Positions 40,931 through 56,906 are shown, counted from the stretch's first letter. The stretch: DNA of 64,000 nucleotides from an uncultured Gemmatimonadales bacterium (GCA_963842945.1 CAWJIM010000016.1:133853-197852); one strand, 5' to 3'. Made by a program: numbers and translations. The notes: generated by a model from the letters alone, not told the origin.

Positions 40931-40945
40931 TATTATCCACCACCC
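40931..40945 (+). promoter_or_regulatory. candidate -10/discriminator element TATTAT-CCACCACCC upstream of the metalloprotease gene
   Basis: It lies 43 nt upstream of the ATG at 40989. A near-identical 16-mer abuts the tmRNA 5' end (42894-42909, minus strand). Confidence 0.35.
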
Positions 40946-40988
40946 TGCAGTGACCATCTTTCCACGATTTTTCTGCCTGGAGTTTCCG

Positions 40989-42476
40989 ATGGAGTGGCTT
41001 TGCCCGAGAGCGTTCGCCGGGTACACCGGACTGCTGTGTGCCCTGGCCGTGCTCGCCGGGTGTGGCGGGAACAGTACCGAGCCCAACGGTCCGGCGAACA
41101 TCACTCTCGATCCACCATCCCTCTCATTTAACGCCCTCGGTCAGACCCAGCAACTCTCGCCGACGGTTACAGACCAACAGGGAAATGCGATCACGGACGC
41201 GGCAGTCACCTGGACCACCAGTGACCCGGCCGTGGCGAGCGTCTCATCCAGCGGTGTCGTCACCGCTGCCGGCAGTGGGTCCGCCCAGGTAACCGCCACG
41301 GCGGGTTCAGCCAGCGCCGTTGCGGAGGTCACCGTATCGCAGACACCGGCGCAGGTGGAAAAGAATCAGGGGGACGGGCAGACCGTGGTTGCAGGTCAAC
41401 CGGTGCCGACGCCGCCTTCCGTCCTGGTGACGGACGCAAACCACAACCCCGTTCCGGGGGTCGAGGTGACCTTCCAGGTGACCTCCGGGCGAGGACAGGT
41501 GACCACGGGTGTGGTCGCCACGGACAACAACGGCATTGCCCAGGTGGGCAGCTGGAGTCCGGGCAGCAAAGGATCCAACGTTCTCACCGCCACAGCGGCG
41601 GGAGCCGGAATCTCGGGTAACCCCGTCACGTTCACGGCCACAGGAACCAGCGCTTTCGACATCGAGATCCAGTTCCTCAGCTCGGCAACGGCCAGTCAGC
41701 GCCAGGCTTTCACCGATGCTGCGGAGCGGTGGAGAGCCTGGTCACCGGAGACATCGAGAACATTCCGCTCCAGACCCTGGCAGACCATTGTGGCCAGGGC
41801 TCGCCGGCAGTTGAACCAGACCATAGACGACCTGCTGATCTTCGTGACACTCGAGCACATCGATGGACCGGGCGGAGTGCTCGGATCGGCCGGTCCCTGT
41901 TTCATTCGGAATTCCAATAATCTCAGCGTGCTGGGAGCCATGATCTTCGACAAGCAGGATCTGGCGAACATCGAGGACGCGGGGCTGCTGCAGGTGCTCA
42001 TCCTGCACGAAATGGGGCATGTGCTTGGCTTCGGGAGCCTTTGGCCAACCATGGGACTGTTGGCCGATCCGTCCTTGCCGCCGGCAACCGGTACCGATCC
42101 GCATTTCACCGGTGCACAGGCAATCACGGCCTTTAACCAGGTCGGGGGCAACGCCTATACCGGCGCCAAGGTCCCGGTCGAGAACACCGGCGGAGAAGGC
42201 ACCGCAGATGGTCACTGGCGGGAGTCGGTCTTCATCAACGAGCTAATGACCGGGTTCGTGGACCTGGGAGAGAATCCCCTGAGCGTTGTCACCGTGTCTT
42301 CCCTGGCCGATCAGGGTTACGTCGTGAACAAGGTTGGGGTCGACCCGTACTCCCTGACTCTGAGCCTCAGAGCTCTGGGCGGACGGCACCGGTTCCAGCT
42401 GGGAAGCGATCTGCTGCGGATTCCGATCAGGAAGGTCGACCGAGCCGGACGGGTGACTGGATACTTCCGGCGATAG
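40989..42476 (+). CDS. Ig-like-domain lipoprotein, leishmanolysin (M8)-like zinc metalloprotease
   Basis: The ATG at 40989 gives a lipoprotein signal MEWLC...LLCALAVLAGCGG. Two bacterial Ig-like repeats follow (VTWTTSDPAVASVSSSGVVTA; VTFQVTSGRGQV). The catalytic motif is ILHEMGHVLGFGSLW with a downstream GEGTADGHWRES. Residues encoded at about 41736-41811 are garbled by a compensated pair of indels. Confidence 0.7.
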   Translation: MEWLCPRAFAGYTGLLCALAVLAGCGGNSTEPNGPANITLDPPSLSFNALGQTQQLSPTVTDQQGNAITDAAVTWTTSDPAVASVSSSGVVTAAGSGSAQVTATAGSASAVAEVTVSQTPAQVEKNQGDGQTVVAGQPVPTPPSVLVTDANHNPVPGVEVTFQVTSGRGQVTTGVVATDNNGIAQVGSWSPGSKGSNVLTATAAGAGISGNPVTFTATGTSAFDIEIQFLSSATASQRQAFTDAAERWRAWSPETSRTFRSRPWQTIVARARRQLNQTIDDLLIFVTLEHIDGPGGVLGSAGPCFIRNSNNLSVLGAMIFDKQDLANIEDAGLLQVLILHEMGHVLGFGSLWPTMGLLADPSLPPATGTDPHFTGAQAITAFNQVGGNAYTGAKVPVENTGGEGTADGHWRESVFINELMTGFVDLGENPLSVVTVSSLADQGYVVNKVGVDPYSLTLSLRALGGRHRFQLGSDLLRIPIRKVDRAGRVTGYFRR

Positions 42477-42493
42477 GATCAGCAGGAGAAAAA

Positions 42494-42521
42494 CAAAAGG
42501 GACTCTCGGTCGGGAGTCCCT
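42494..42521. terminator. intrinsic terminator hairpin (serves ssrA, possibly bidirectional)
   Basis: AAAGGGACTC-tcggtcgg-GAGTCCCTTT is a 10-bp perfect stem. On the minus strand it is followed by TTTTGTTTTTCTCC. It sits between the protease stop (42476) and the tmRNA 3' end (42530). Confidence 0.75.
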
Positions 42522-42529
42522 TTGTTGCT

Positions 42530-42893
42530 GATGGAGGCGCAGGGAATCGAACCCTGGTCCGAGTAAGCTTCCAGAACCGCGTCTACGTGCGTAGGCTCGA
42601 CTTCTTGCCGTCACTTCGGGGCGGTGCCGAGCCGACCTCCCCGAAGCCTATCTCCTGAAGATCTCGCCGACCGCGCCGGAGCGACGCGGCCAGCCAGCCC
42701 GGATTTGCGATTCGACGCGCGGCGCCCCAGGCGGGCTCCGTCTGCCGAAGGTGCGTAAGCGAGCTTAGCTCAGCTTACGCAGCCAGTGCCAGTTCAGTGT
42801 TGGCAGTTGAATCATTCCAGACGGTTTTACCAGGAACCTGGACCTGGGCACGCTGCAATTCCTTCATCAAACCCGTCGAAGCCAGTCGCCCCC
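42530..42893 (-). ncRNA. ssrA: transfer-messenger RNA (tmRNA)
   Basis: The 5' end GGGGGCGACTGGCTTCGACGGG and the 3' end GGACCAGGGTTCGATTCCCTGCGCCTCCA form a 7-bp acceptor stem with the G3:U70 alanine identity pair. A T-arm GGTTCGATTCC is present. The tag reading frame GCC AAC ACT GAA CTG GCA CTG GCT GCG TAA encodes ANTELALAA (42775-42804), and the stop lies inside hairpin GCGTAAGC/GCTTACGC. CCA is not encoded. Confidence 0.95.
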
Positions 42894-42909
42894 GGGTGGT
42901 GGAATAATA
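42894..42909 (-). promoter_or_regulatory. candidate ssrA -10 element TATTATTCCACCACCC
   Basis: TATTAT lies on the minus strand at 42909-42904, 10 nt upstream of the mature tmRNA 5' end. No convincing -35 element was seen. Confidence 0.4.
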
Positions 42910-42997
42910 GACGGACAGTCGGTAGGGACAGGATAGGCGGGACGGACGAGTAAGGCAGTAAGAAGGGCTGAGCAGTGATTGGTACCATATCACGTCT

Positions 42998-44450
42998 CAC
43001 TGACGTGTCACCGGCTCATCCCCTTCCGCTTCCCGTCCTCCGCCCCTACCGCCCCGCCGTTCCACCCGGTTCCGGCCGCTGCTCTTGGCCACGTACAGCG
43101 CGGCGTCCGCCTGGGCCGGCAGGTTGTCGAGGCTGCGGCTGGTCTCGGGGCAGGCGGCCACTCCGAACGAGGCGCTGAGCGGCCAGGCCGGCCCCGCCAG
43201 TCCCAGGGGTCGTTCCCAGCTTGAGCCGGATCCGCTCGGCGATCCGGGCGCCGAGCTCGAGGCCGGTGCCCGGCAGCCAGACCGCGAACTCCTCGCCGCC
43301 GATCCGGGCCGCGGCGTCGCCGGTCCGGATCTGCTCCCGGATGATCCGGGCGAAGTGCACCAGCGCCGCGTCTCCGGCGGGGTGACCCAGCGTGTCGTTC
43401 AGCCTCTTGAACCGGTCGAGGTCGGCGTAGATCAGCGCCCCGTCCCGGCCGTGTCAGGCGGAAGAGCCTCGTCGAGCCCGCGGCGGTTGAGGAGCCCGGT
43501 CAGCGGATCGATCGTCGCCGCGCGCTTGTGCTGGTCGGCCTCGAGCGCGCGGTCGATACGCGCGGGCCGCATTGCTGAGGGCCTCCATGATCTCGGCGCG
43601 CACCGAGCCGGTCGGCTCCCGGCCCGGCCGAGAGCCAGAGCGCCACGGCGCCGACCGGACCGGGTCCCGGCCATCGGCAGCACCAGGACGGGCTCGGGCT
43701 GCTGCCGCCGGTCGGCCACGACGCCGCCGAGGGGGTCGCCCTCGGAGATGTGATGACTCGAGCTCGCCCGCGCGACCCGGGCGAGCTCGCTCTCCGGCGG
43801 GCAGCAACGTGTCGAGCAGGCGCCGGTCGCCTCGTCCCGAGACGCCGATCACCCGCGACGTGCCCGCTCGGGCTGTCGTCGAGCGCCGCGACGACCACCT
43901 GCGCATCGAGCGATGCGCTCCAGCTGGTAGGCCAGCCGCAGCCCACGCTGCCCACCGACTCGAGCGACGCTTCCTGGGCTGCGCCTGGGCAGCGCGATGA
44001 TCTGTGGCCGCCGGCGCACTCCTTCCAGCAGGCGGCGAAGGTCGTCTTCCGCCCGGCCAGGCGCGCCGGCCCGCCCCGTCGGGCAGCAGGAGCCCGACGG
44101 CCGCGCCGCCGCGCGTGGAACACCAGCGTGCCGCCCTCCATCCGCTCGGCCCCGCTCTGCTCCTGGTCCCGCGCCCGCTCCAGCCGGCGGTCCACGGCGA
44201 CGATCTGCGCCACCGACAGCCGCTCCGGTCCACGATCCGCTCGGCCCGGGGGCCCTCTTCGCTCGGGATCCAGCTCGGCGATCCACACGCCCATCGCCTG
44301 GTGGGCGCGGCGCAGCCAGTCCAGCGCCGGATCCGGCAGCAGGTGCGGAGCCACGCCGGAGCGAGCACCCAGTGCCACTGCCGGCGGCCCAGGAGCCACC
44401 CAGCCACGCCGCACCCGCCAGCAGCGACCAGGAGGAGCCGAGGCCGTCAT
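42998..44450 (-). pseudogene. GGDEF diguanylate cyclase with N-terminal sensor region, multiple frameshifts
   Basis: Pieces are readable in different frames: DPLTGLLNRRGLDE, RIGGEEFAVWLPG and the C-terminus ADAALYVAKSSGRNRVE...TRQ, with the stop at 42998-43000. The start ATG at 44450 overlaps the corA stop (ATGA). Confidence 0.7.
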
Positions 44451-45384
44451 TCCCGGAGCCAGCCCCGGCGGCGGAACCAGAGGTAGATCACCAGGGTCAC
44501 CAGCACCATGGCCGCCAGGACCGCCGGATACCCCAGCGCTGCGCGAGCTCGGGCATGTACTCGAAGTTCATCCCGTAGACGCCCACGATGAACGTGAGCG
44601 GCAGGAAGAAGACCGAGAAGACCGTGAGCACCCGCATGACCTCGTTGGTGCGGTGGGAGGCCAGCGCCAGCTGGATGCTGAGCAGGTTGTTGACGTCCTC
44701 CAGCAGCTCGTCGGCGTAGAAGTGCATAGCTCTCCGCGTTCTCCCGGACGTCCTGGAACAGCGGCGCCGTCGGCTCCGAGCCGGGCACCAGCGCTGGACG
44801 ACGTCCTGGGTCTGCCAGAGCAGGCGCTTGATCAGGGTCACCCGGCGCTTGAGGATATGGATCTCGTGCAGCGTCGCCGCGGAACTCCTGGCATCGCCGA
44901 ACAGCGTCGCCTCGAACGCGTCGATGCGTGCTCTCGGCCTCCTCCAGCGGCTCTCGATAGGTCGTCGAGCCGCATTGAAGAGCTCGATCAGCAGCCGGGG
45001 CATGAAGCCCTTCCGCCGCTCGCTGGTTGCCCCGCGGATGGACCGCGCTCGTACTCCTCGCATGGCGCGTGAGCAAGGCTGGTCCTTCCGATGGATGGTG
45101 ATGAGGAAATCGTCGCCGTAAGAAGATCGCGATCTTGCGGGTCAGCTCCTGCACCGTGACGCAGTCGGCGGTCCTCGTCGTCCAGGCCCGCAGGATGATG
45201 AACGTGTGGAGCCGAACCGCTCGAACTTGGGCAGGTGCTCGGGGTCGAGGCAGTCCTCCACCGCGTCGGAGTGCAGGCCGTACCGCTCGGCGATGTCGGT
45301 CCAGCTCCTCGCGGGTGCGGATGCACCACGTCGATCCAGATGAACGCCGGATCCGTGCTGCTGCAGCACGGTGCGGAGCGTCAT
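44447..45384 (-). pseudogene. corA: CorA-family divalent cation transporter, multiple frameshifts
   Basis: The fragments carry HRTNEVMRVLTVFSVFFLPLTFIVGVYGMNF (GMN motif), the final TM YPAVLAAMVLVTLVIYLWFRRRGWL and the N-terminus [11 protein letters not shown]...AERYGLHSDAVEDCLDPEHLPKFERFG. The span is 938 nt. The ATG at 45384 overlaps the larB stop. Confidence 0.8.
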
Positions 45385-46128
45385 GGGCGGCAGATCCGGC
45401 TGGCGGCGGCCGCGGCGCCGAACCCGTTGTCGATGTTGACCACGGTGACCCCCGCCGCGCAGGAGTTGAGCATGCCGAGCAGGGCCGCGAGTCCGCCGAA
45501 CGAGGCCCCGTAGCCGACGCTGGTGGGCACCGCGATCACCGGCACCGCCACCAGCCCGCCCACCACGCTGGGCAGCGCGCCCTCCATCCCCGCCACCACG
45601 ATGATCGACTCGGCCCGCCGGAGCTGCTCGCCGCCGCCAGCAGCCGGTGCAGGCCGGCGACGCCCACATCGGTGAGCCGCTCCACCGGGTGCCCGAAGGC
45701 CTCGGCCACCACGGCGGCCTCCTCGGCCACCGGGAGGTCGCTGGTGCCCGCGGAGATCACCAGAATGGTGCCCGTCGGCCGTGCGCGGGCCGCTTCGCCG
45801 GCAGGTGCACGGTGCGGGCCAGCGGGTTGCCACGACCAGCCGGGAAAGCGCGCCGCAGCCGCTGCGGCTCGCTCTCGCTGGCGCGCGTGCCGAGGAACGT
45901 GCCGGTGGCCGCGTCGAGCCGCTCGCAGATGGCGACGACCTGGTCGGTGGTCTTGCCCGCGCAGAAGACCACCTCCGGCTGACCCTGGCGCAGGGCGCGG
46001 TGATGATCGATCCGGGCGAAGGCGAGATCTTCGAAGGGAAGGTGGCGCAGCCGCTCGAGCGCCGCCGCGGGGGCCAGTCGGCCCGCGGCCACCTCCGCGA
46101 GCAGGGCCTCGAGCTGCTCGGCGGTCAC
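45381..46128 (-). pseudogene. larB: LarB-like (AIR carboxylase family) nickel-pincer cofactor biosynthesis protein, frameshifted
   Basis: The N-terminal part is [37 protein letters not shown]. The C-terminal part is [33 protein letters not shown]...[11 protein letters not shown]. The GTG start at 46128 overlaps the dus stop (GTGA). The span is 748 nt. Confidence 0.7.
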
Positions 46129-47086
46129 GCCACCTGGGCGACCGGCTCGAGATAATCGAGGAAGATCGCCTCGGCCTCCGCGATGGACTCGACCTGGAAG
46201 AGCCGCTGGCGGAGGGCGCTCGAGCCGTGCAGCCCTCGGGTGTACCAGCCGAGGTGCTTGCGGAACTCGATGACCGTCTTGCGGGTGTCGCCCTGGAGCC
46301 GGAGCGCCAGCCGGGCATGCTCCAGCGCCACCGCGAAGCGCTCCGGCCGCATCGGGCGCGGCGGCAGCGGCTCTCGCCGCCAGCAGCGCCTGCCCGTCGC
46401 GGAAGATCCAGGGATTCCCGAACGCGCCCCGCCCGACCATGACGCCGGCGCAGCCGGTGTGCTCGCGCATGCGCAGGACGTCCTCCGCGGTCTCGATGTC
46501 GCCGTTGCCGATCACCGGAATGTCGAGCGCCTCGACCACCCGGGCGATCTCGTCCCAGTCGGCCTTGCCGGAGAACATCTGGGTGCGGGTGCGCGCGTGC
46601 AGCGTGAACGCCGTGGCGCCGGCGTCCTGCATCCGCAGCGCGATCGCCACCGGGTCCCGCGTCTCCTCGTTCCAGCCGCTCCGGGTCTTGACCGTCACCG
46701 GCAGGTGGGTGGCGCCGATGACCGCGCGGATGATCCGGTCGACCAGGTCCAGATCGCGCAGGCAGCCCGAGCCGCCGTTCCGCTGCACCACCTTCTTGAC
46801 CGGGCAGCCGAAGTTGATGTCGATGAACTCCGGCTGGTAGTGCTCGGTGATGAGGCCGGCGGCCTCCGCCATGGCGTTCGGATCGGCGCCGTAGATCTGG
46901 ATCCCGATCGGCCGCTCGACCGGCTTCGAACTCCGCGCCTTCGAGGGTGGTCCGGATGCGCCGCCGGATGGCCTCGGAGGACAGGAACTCGGACATCACG
47001 ACGTCCGCGCCCATCCGCCGGCAGATCTGCCGGAACGGCGCCTCCGAGACCCCGGCCATCGGGGCCAGGATCAGCGGGAAATGCAT
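46125..47086 (-). pseudogene. dus: tRNA-dihydrouridine synthase, multiple frameshifts
   Basis: [71 protein letters not shown] and the C-terminal [11 protein letters not shown] are spread over three frames. The span is 962 nt. Confidence 0.85.
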
Positions 47087-47146
47087 GCGCGGACGGATAG
47101 GGCAACTGCATGGGGAGAAAATACTTGGCCTATCGATTGCGAGGCT

Positions 47147-47176
47147 TTGACACGTCATGCAGCGCCGATGTAGGTT
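47147..47176 (+). promoter_or_regulatory. sigma70-like promoter candidate (TTGACA-18 nt-TAGGTT) upstream of the ptsN-like gene
   Basis: TTGACA is at 47147-47152 and TAGGTT at 47171-47176, 9 nt before the ATG at 47185. This is a pattern match only. Confidence 0.3.
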
Positions 47177-47184
47177 GCCGGGCC

Positions 47185-47631
47185 ATGCAACTCAAAGATT
47201 TCTTCAGCCTCGACGCCATCTCACTCTTCGCTCCGTGGAAGCTCCAAAGACGAGATCTTGGCCGAGATGGTGTTGCTGCGAATCGATGAGCGGTCCGCCG
47301 GAACCCTGCTACGCATCCTTCAGCGGCGGGAAAATCTGGGCTCCACGGGAGTGGGACGAGGCATCGCCATACCCCACTGGTCGGTCGCTGGTGGTCAGCC
47401 GATTACGTCTGGCGTTCGGGCACAAGCGAGGGCATCGAGTTCCAGGCCATCGATGGGCAGCCGGTCTTCAGCCTGTTCCTGATCGTCGCCCCGCCGCTCG
47501 AAATCTCGAATCAGTACCTCCCGTACTAGGGAAAATCGCACAGTTCGCCGGAGGGAGGACGTTCCCGACCGGCTCGCCGCCCTGCATCCCACGACGACTT
47601 CTTTCGCCTCCTGGAGGAGAAGGGGGTGTAA
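47185..47631 (+). pseudogene. ptsN: PTS EIIA(Ntr)-type regulatory protein, several frameshifts
   Basis: The pieces are [46 protein letters not shown] (EIIA type-2 active-site region), GIEFQAIDGQPV..LFLIVAPP and DDFFRLLEEKGV-stop. They are readable only by switching frames. Confidence 0.65.
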
Positions 47632-47678
47632 GTAGCGCGGCCTGAGACGTCAGATACAGAGGGATCTCCTGGCACCGA

Positions 47679-49844
47679 TTGCCCAGTGGCCTGCTGTTCC
47701 TGCTTACGCTACCGACACCGCTTCTTACCGGCCAAACCTCGAGCTCGCGGTCCGAGTTCGAGCGGCTCAAAGACTCAGTCGCCAGTACCAGCCGATACGC
47801 TTCGGCTCCTCCCGCATTACCGGCACAGCGATGGACCACTCCGCGCCGGGATCATTGGTATCCGCCTGGGTGAGCTGGGTGCCGATCCCGATTTCAGCGA
47901 GGCACTCTCGCTTCCCGCGAGGCCGCCAGCGCGCCTCTCACCGGCCGGAACCGTGGTACTGGCCTGGGACTCGCCCAGGAAGGGCGGAGCGCAGTGGGAG
48001 ATGCAGGACTGACTCAGCTGGGCAGTCGCGTGGGCGGTGAAGGCGCTGGAACGGGCCAGCGCTCACCACCGCAGGGCCCTCGTAGCATCGATCCCTCGCT
48101 ACACAGCGGCCGCGCATCGCATGGCGCAGTTCGACCTTTCGCTGCAGCGACACACGCCCGCGACTTGCCCAATCCATACCCGCCCTTCGGAAAGCCGCCG
48201 TAGGTCAGCCGAGGCTTCGGCGCTGACGTCGTGCTTGCCTACGGGGGCGGGTCGAGAGAGCCGCTGGGAGCCTCGCGTGGCAGCTGCGGGCGCTTTTCGC
48301 CAGTACCTTCACGCCGGGCACGAACCGCGCCCTCGGACAGCCTAGAGCTAGCGCGAACGCTGCCTGGCACTGGGTGAAAGTCCTGAGGGACAGATCGCGT
48401 ATTACGAGGGTGCTTCCCTGGCTGATGCCCGTAGCCCATCATCAGATTACCAGGCCAGACCTCGTAGCCCCTGGCGGGTGACTACCGTCCGTCGTCAGTT
48501 GGACACCTCGTGGGACTCACGGGCGAGCGCCTCGCGCTGGCGCTTGCTCCATCGCTTCTGGAACGATCGCGATCGCCTGGAGTTTCGGTCCCGAGGGAGA
48601 ACGGTTACGCGAGCATTACCGCCGGCTTCAGTATGCTCGGCTTCACTTCCCCCTGACTATCAGCCGCCGTTTCTACGGCGGGCCGATGCCTATAGGTCCG
48701 GGGAGCCTTCGAAGCTCGACGACCGCGGGATCATCTACATTCGCCAGGGCGAGCCCTCGAGCGGCTTCGGCCGTTCGTGTTCGGCGCCATGCCCAACGAG
48801 TCCTGGAGCTACAGCCGGGCGGAAGGCGATTTGCTTCTGCATTTCAGCGGTGGCTTCGACGGAACGGTGGAGGCGACCTGTACGATTATCGGCTGGTTCA
48901 GAGCGTGCTCGATTTACGCGGTGCTGCCGACGCACCCCGGACCAACTGATCCTGTCTCGGCAGACATTGTCCCCCGTTTACGCCGCATGCTGAACTGGGG
49001 TCGCTTCGGCTCGGCCGACGACGCGGCGCGGGAGCGGCAGCATTGGGGCGGCAAGCATCTGGGTAGGCACTACCAGCGATAGCTACGAGCTTCAGTTCCG
49101 CCGCAGGCTGGGGGCGGTAGCCGATCTCATCGCCGTTGGCGGAGTCCGAGGAGGCGTTAGCCCACTTCGTCTTGGGATCGCGGCACCCGGCACAACGGGC
49201 AGAGATCGCGCGGGAATCCAATATCGTGTCGAGCTCGCCTCGTGGCCCTGGACCGCCACGAACGGGCGGTCGCCACCCTGGATACGACCCTGGTGATCCG
49301 GCACGACCATGCCGCTGACTGAGAAGGAGTTCGTCGTCGGTCGGGTCGAGCTGCCGCTCCCGCCGGGCGATGGGGCTACCGCTCGGCCATGCAGGAGGGA
49401 GACAGCGGGGGCGTGATCGTTCCCCGCGACTCCGTATTGGTAGCCACCACGGTGGGTGCCCCCGCCCTGAGCGACTCGCGCTGGGGTCGCCCGGCCGGGC
49501 CGTTCCCTGGATAACCGACGCCGGGGACACCGTACTGCTGGCGCCGTCGAAGATCTTCCGGGAAGATTCTCAAGTGGTGATCTACTATGAGGTCCGTGGT
49601 GTCAGGACTGGCGCCGGGTATCGCCACCAGATTGCCGTACTTCGAAGCGGCCGTGAAACCGGCGCCGGCGTCCGCTCGTGGCGTTGTCGTTCGAGGAAGT
49701 CGCCGCAAGCCCGGTGATCCGATCTCGCCGAGTGGTAAAGCTCGAACGGCTCAAGCAGGGCGGCTACATCGTAGAGGTGAAAGTGAGTGGTCCTGGAGGG
49801 CAACAGAGGTCAGACGGCGGCTCATCCACATCATCGGCAACTAA
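47679..49844 (+). pseudogene. secreted GWxTD-like domain protein, heavily frameshifted
   Basis: A signal-like start MPSGLLFLLTLPTPLL is present. The fragments carry DDRGIIYIRQGEPS, NESWSYSRAEGDLLLHF, LYDYRLVQSVLDL and the C-terminal GGYIVEVKV...RRLIHIIGN-stop. The family call rests on my memory of the GWxTD core (DRG-x-IYI-x-x-G-x-P), and the coordinates are approximate. Confidence 0.4.
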
Positions 49845-49853
49845 GCCCGTCGT

Positions 49854-55544
<5,691 letters not shown>

Positions 55545-55604
55545 GGGGCGGAATAATACGGTACGGGCGTAGCGAGGAAGCTGGTCCGAAGCGATGCCGG
55601 CTGC

Positions 55605-56865
55605 TCAGACACTCGCAATCCCGAGCGCGCTGCATCACGTCGCCGACGGTGTGGAACGAGCCGGTCACCAGGACGGTCCCCGCGCCCTCGCTGGACCGTG
55701 CGCGAGCGCCTCCTCGAAGTCCGGCACCAGGGTCCACGCCGCCTGCGCCGGCGGCCGGGCGGGCTCGGCGCAGCCAGCGGCCGAGCCAGTCGAGGTCCCA
55801 CCCGCGGCCGGCCGCGGTCGGCGCCATCGTGAGGATGCCCCGGTCGACGCCCGGTCGAGCTCGACCAGCATCTCGGGCCAGTCCTTGTCGCCCAGGATCG
55901 AGACCAGCGCGTGGAGCGGCCGCGGCGGGCCGAGTCCTGCGAGCGCTCGCGACCAGCGCGCGCACGCCGTCGGGGTTGTGGGCGACGTCGAAGAGCCAGC
56001 GGCCCCGCCGGTCGAGCCGCCCGGCGATCCAGGCGCACGCCGAAGCCGCGCGCTCGACTGCGTCCGGGGCGGGCCGGTAGGGCGCCGGCAGGGCCATCAG
56101 GATGCCGTGGGCGACCGCCGCGTTCCGCCGCTGGTGCGGGCCCGCCAGGCCGAGCGGGCCGCGTCCACTCGTACTCCGGCGGCAGCACCCGGATGTCGGC
56201 ACCGAGCCGCGCCGGGGCCGCCCGCGCCACCGCCCGCCGCGCTTCCCGGCGCAGCACCTCGACCAGGGCCGGGTCGCGTCTCGCCGATCACGAACGGCGC
56301 GCCGGGCTTGGCGATGCCGGCCTTCTCGCAGGCGATCTGCTCCAGCGTGTCGCCCAGGTACTTCATGTGGTCGCAGCTCGATCTTGGTCACCGCGCTGAC
56401 CAGCGGGCTGCACCACGTTGGTGCTGTCGAGCCGTCCGCCGAGGCCGACCTCGACCACCGCGATCTCGGCGCCGCGGGCCGCGAAGTCGGCGAAGGCGAT
56501 GCGCGGTGGTGGCCTCGAAGAACGTGGCCTTCGCGCTCCGGATGAGCGGCCGGAGCCGCTCGGTCCACATCGCCACCGCCTCCTCGCGCGATCGGCACGC
56601 CCGTCCACCCGGATGCGCTCGCGGAAGGAGACCAGGTGCGGCGAGGTGTAGAGCCCGACCCGCCATCCCGCCTCGCCCAGCGCCGCGCGCCACCAGCGTC
56701 GACGACGCTGCCCTTCCCGTTGGTGCCGCCGACGTGAATCGATGGGCATGACCGTGCGGGTTGCCCAGCGACCGCGAGCAGGGCGCGCGTGGTGTCGAGC
56801 CCGAACTTGATCGTGGTGGTGCGGGGAAAGAGGAAGTCGAGCGCCTCGTCGTAGGTCAGCGACAT
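55605..56865 (-). pseudogene. folC: bifunctional folylpolyglutamate synthase/dihydrofolate synthase, multiple frameshifts
   Basis: The N-terminus is MSLTYDEALDFLF...FGLDTTRALL...IHVGGTNGKGS. Also present are VVEVGLGGRLDSTNVV and VLVTGSFHTVGDVM. The probable stop is the TGA at 55605-55607 in the ...LGIASV frame. Confidence 0.8.
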
Positions 56866-56906
56866 GTCAGGCTCGGTGAGGTCGCGGTCAGGGGCCCGGA
56901 ACGACA

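Noticed and set aside
42477-43050. tmRNA-associated genomic island or prophage
   Set aside because: No integrase, excisionase or phage gene lies on either side. I found no duplicate of the tmRNA 3' end in the window. The discontinuity lies at the 5' (promoter) side, not the usual 3' attachment site.
43750-46442. Two long plus-strand ORFs (440 aa and 435 aa), Arg/Pro/Ala-rich
   Set aside because: They are antisense to the GGDEF, corA, larB and dus genes. Their composition is what is expected from the reverse frame of ~73 % GC coding DNA, and no motifs are present.
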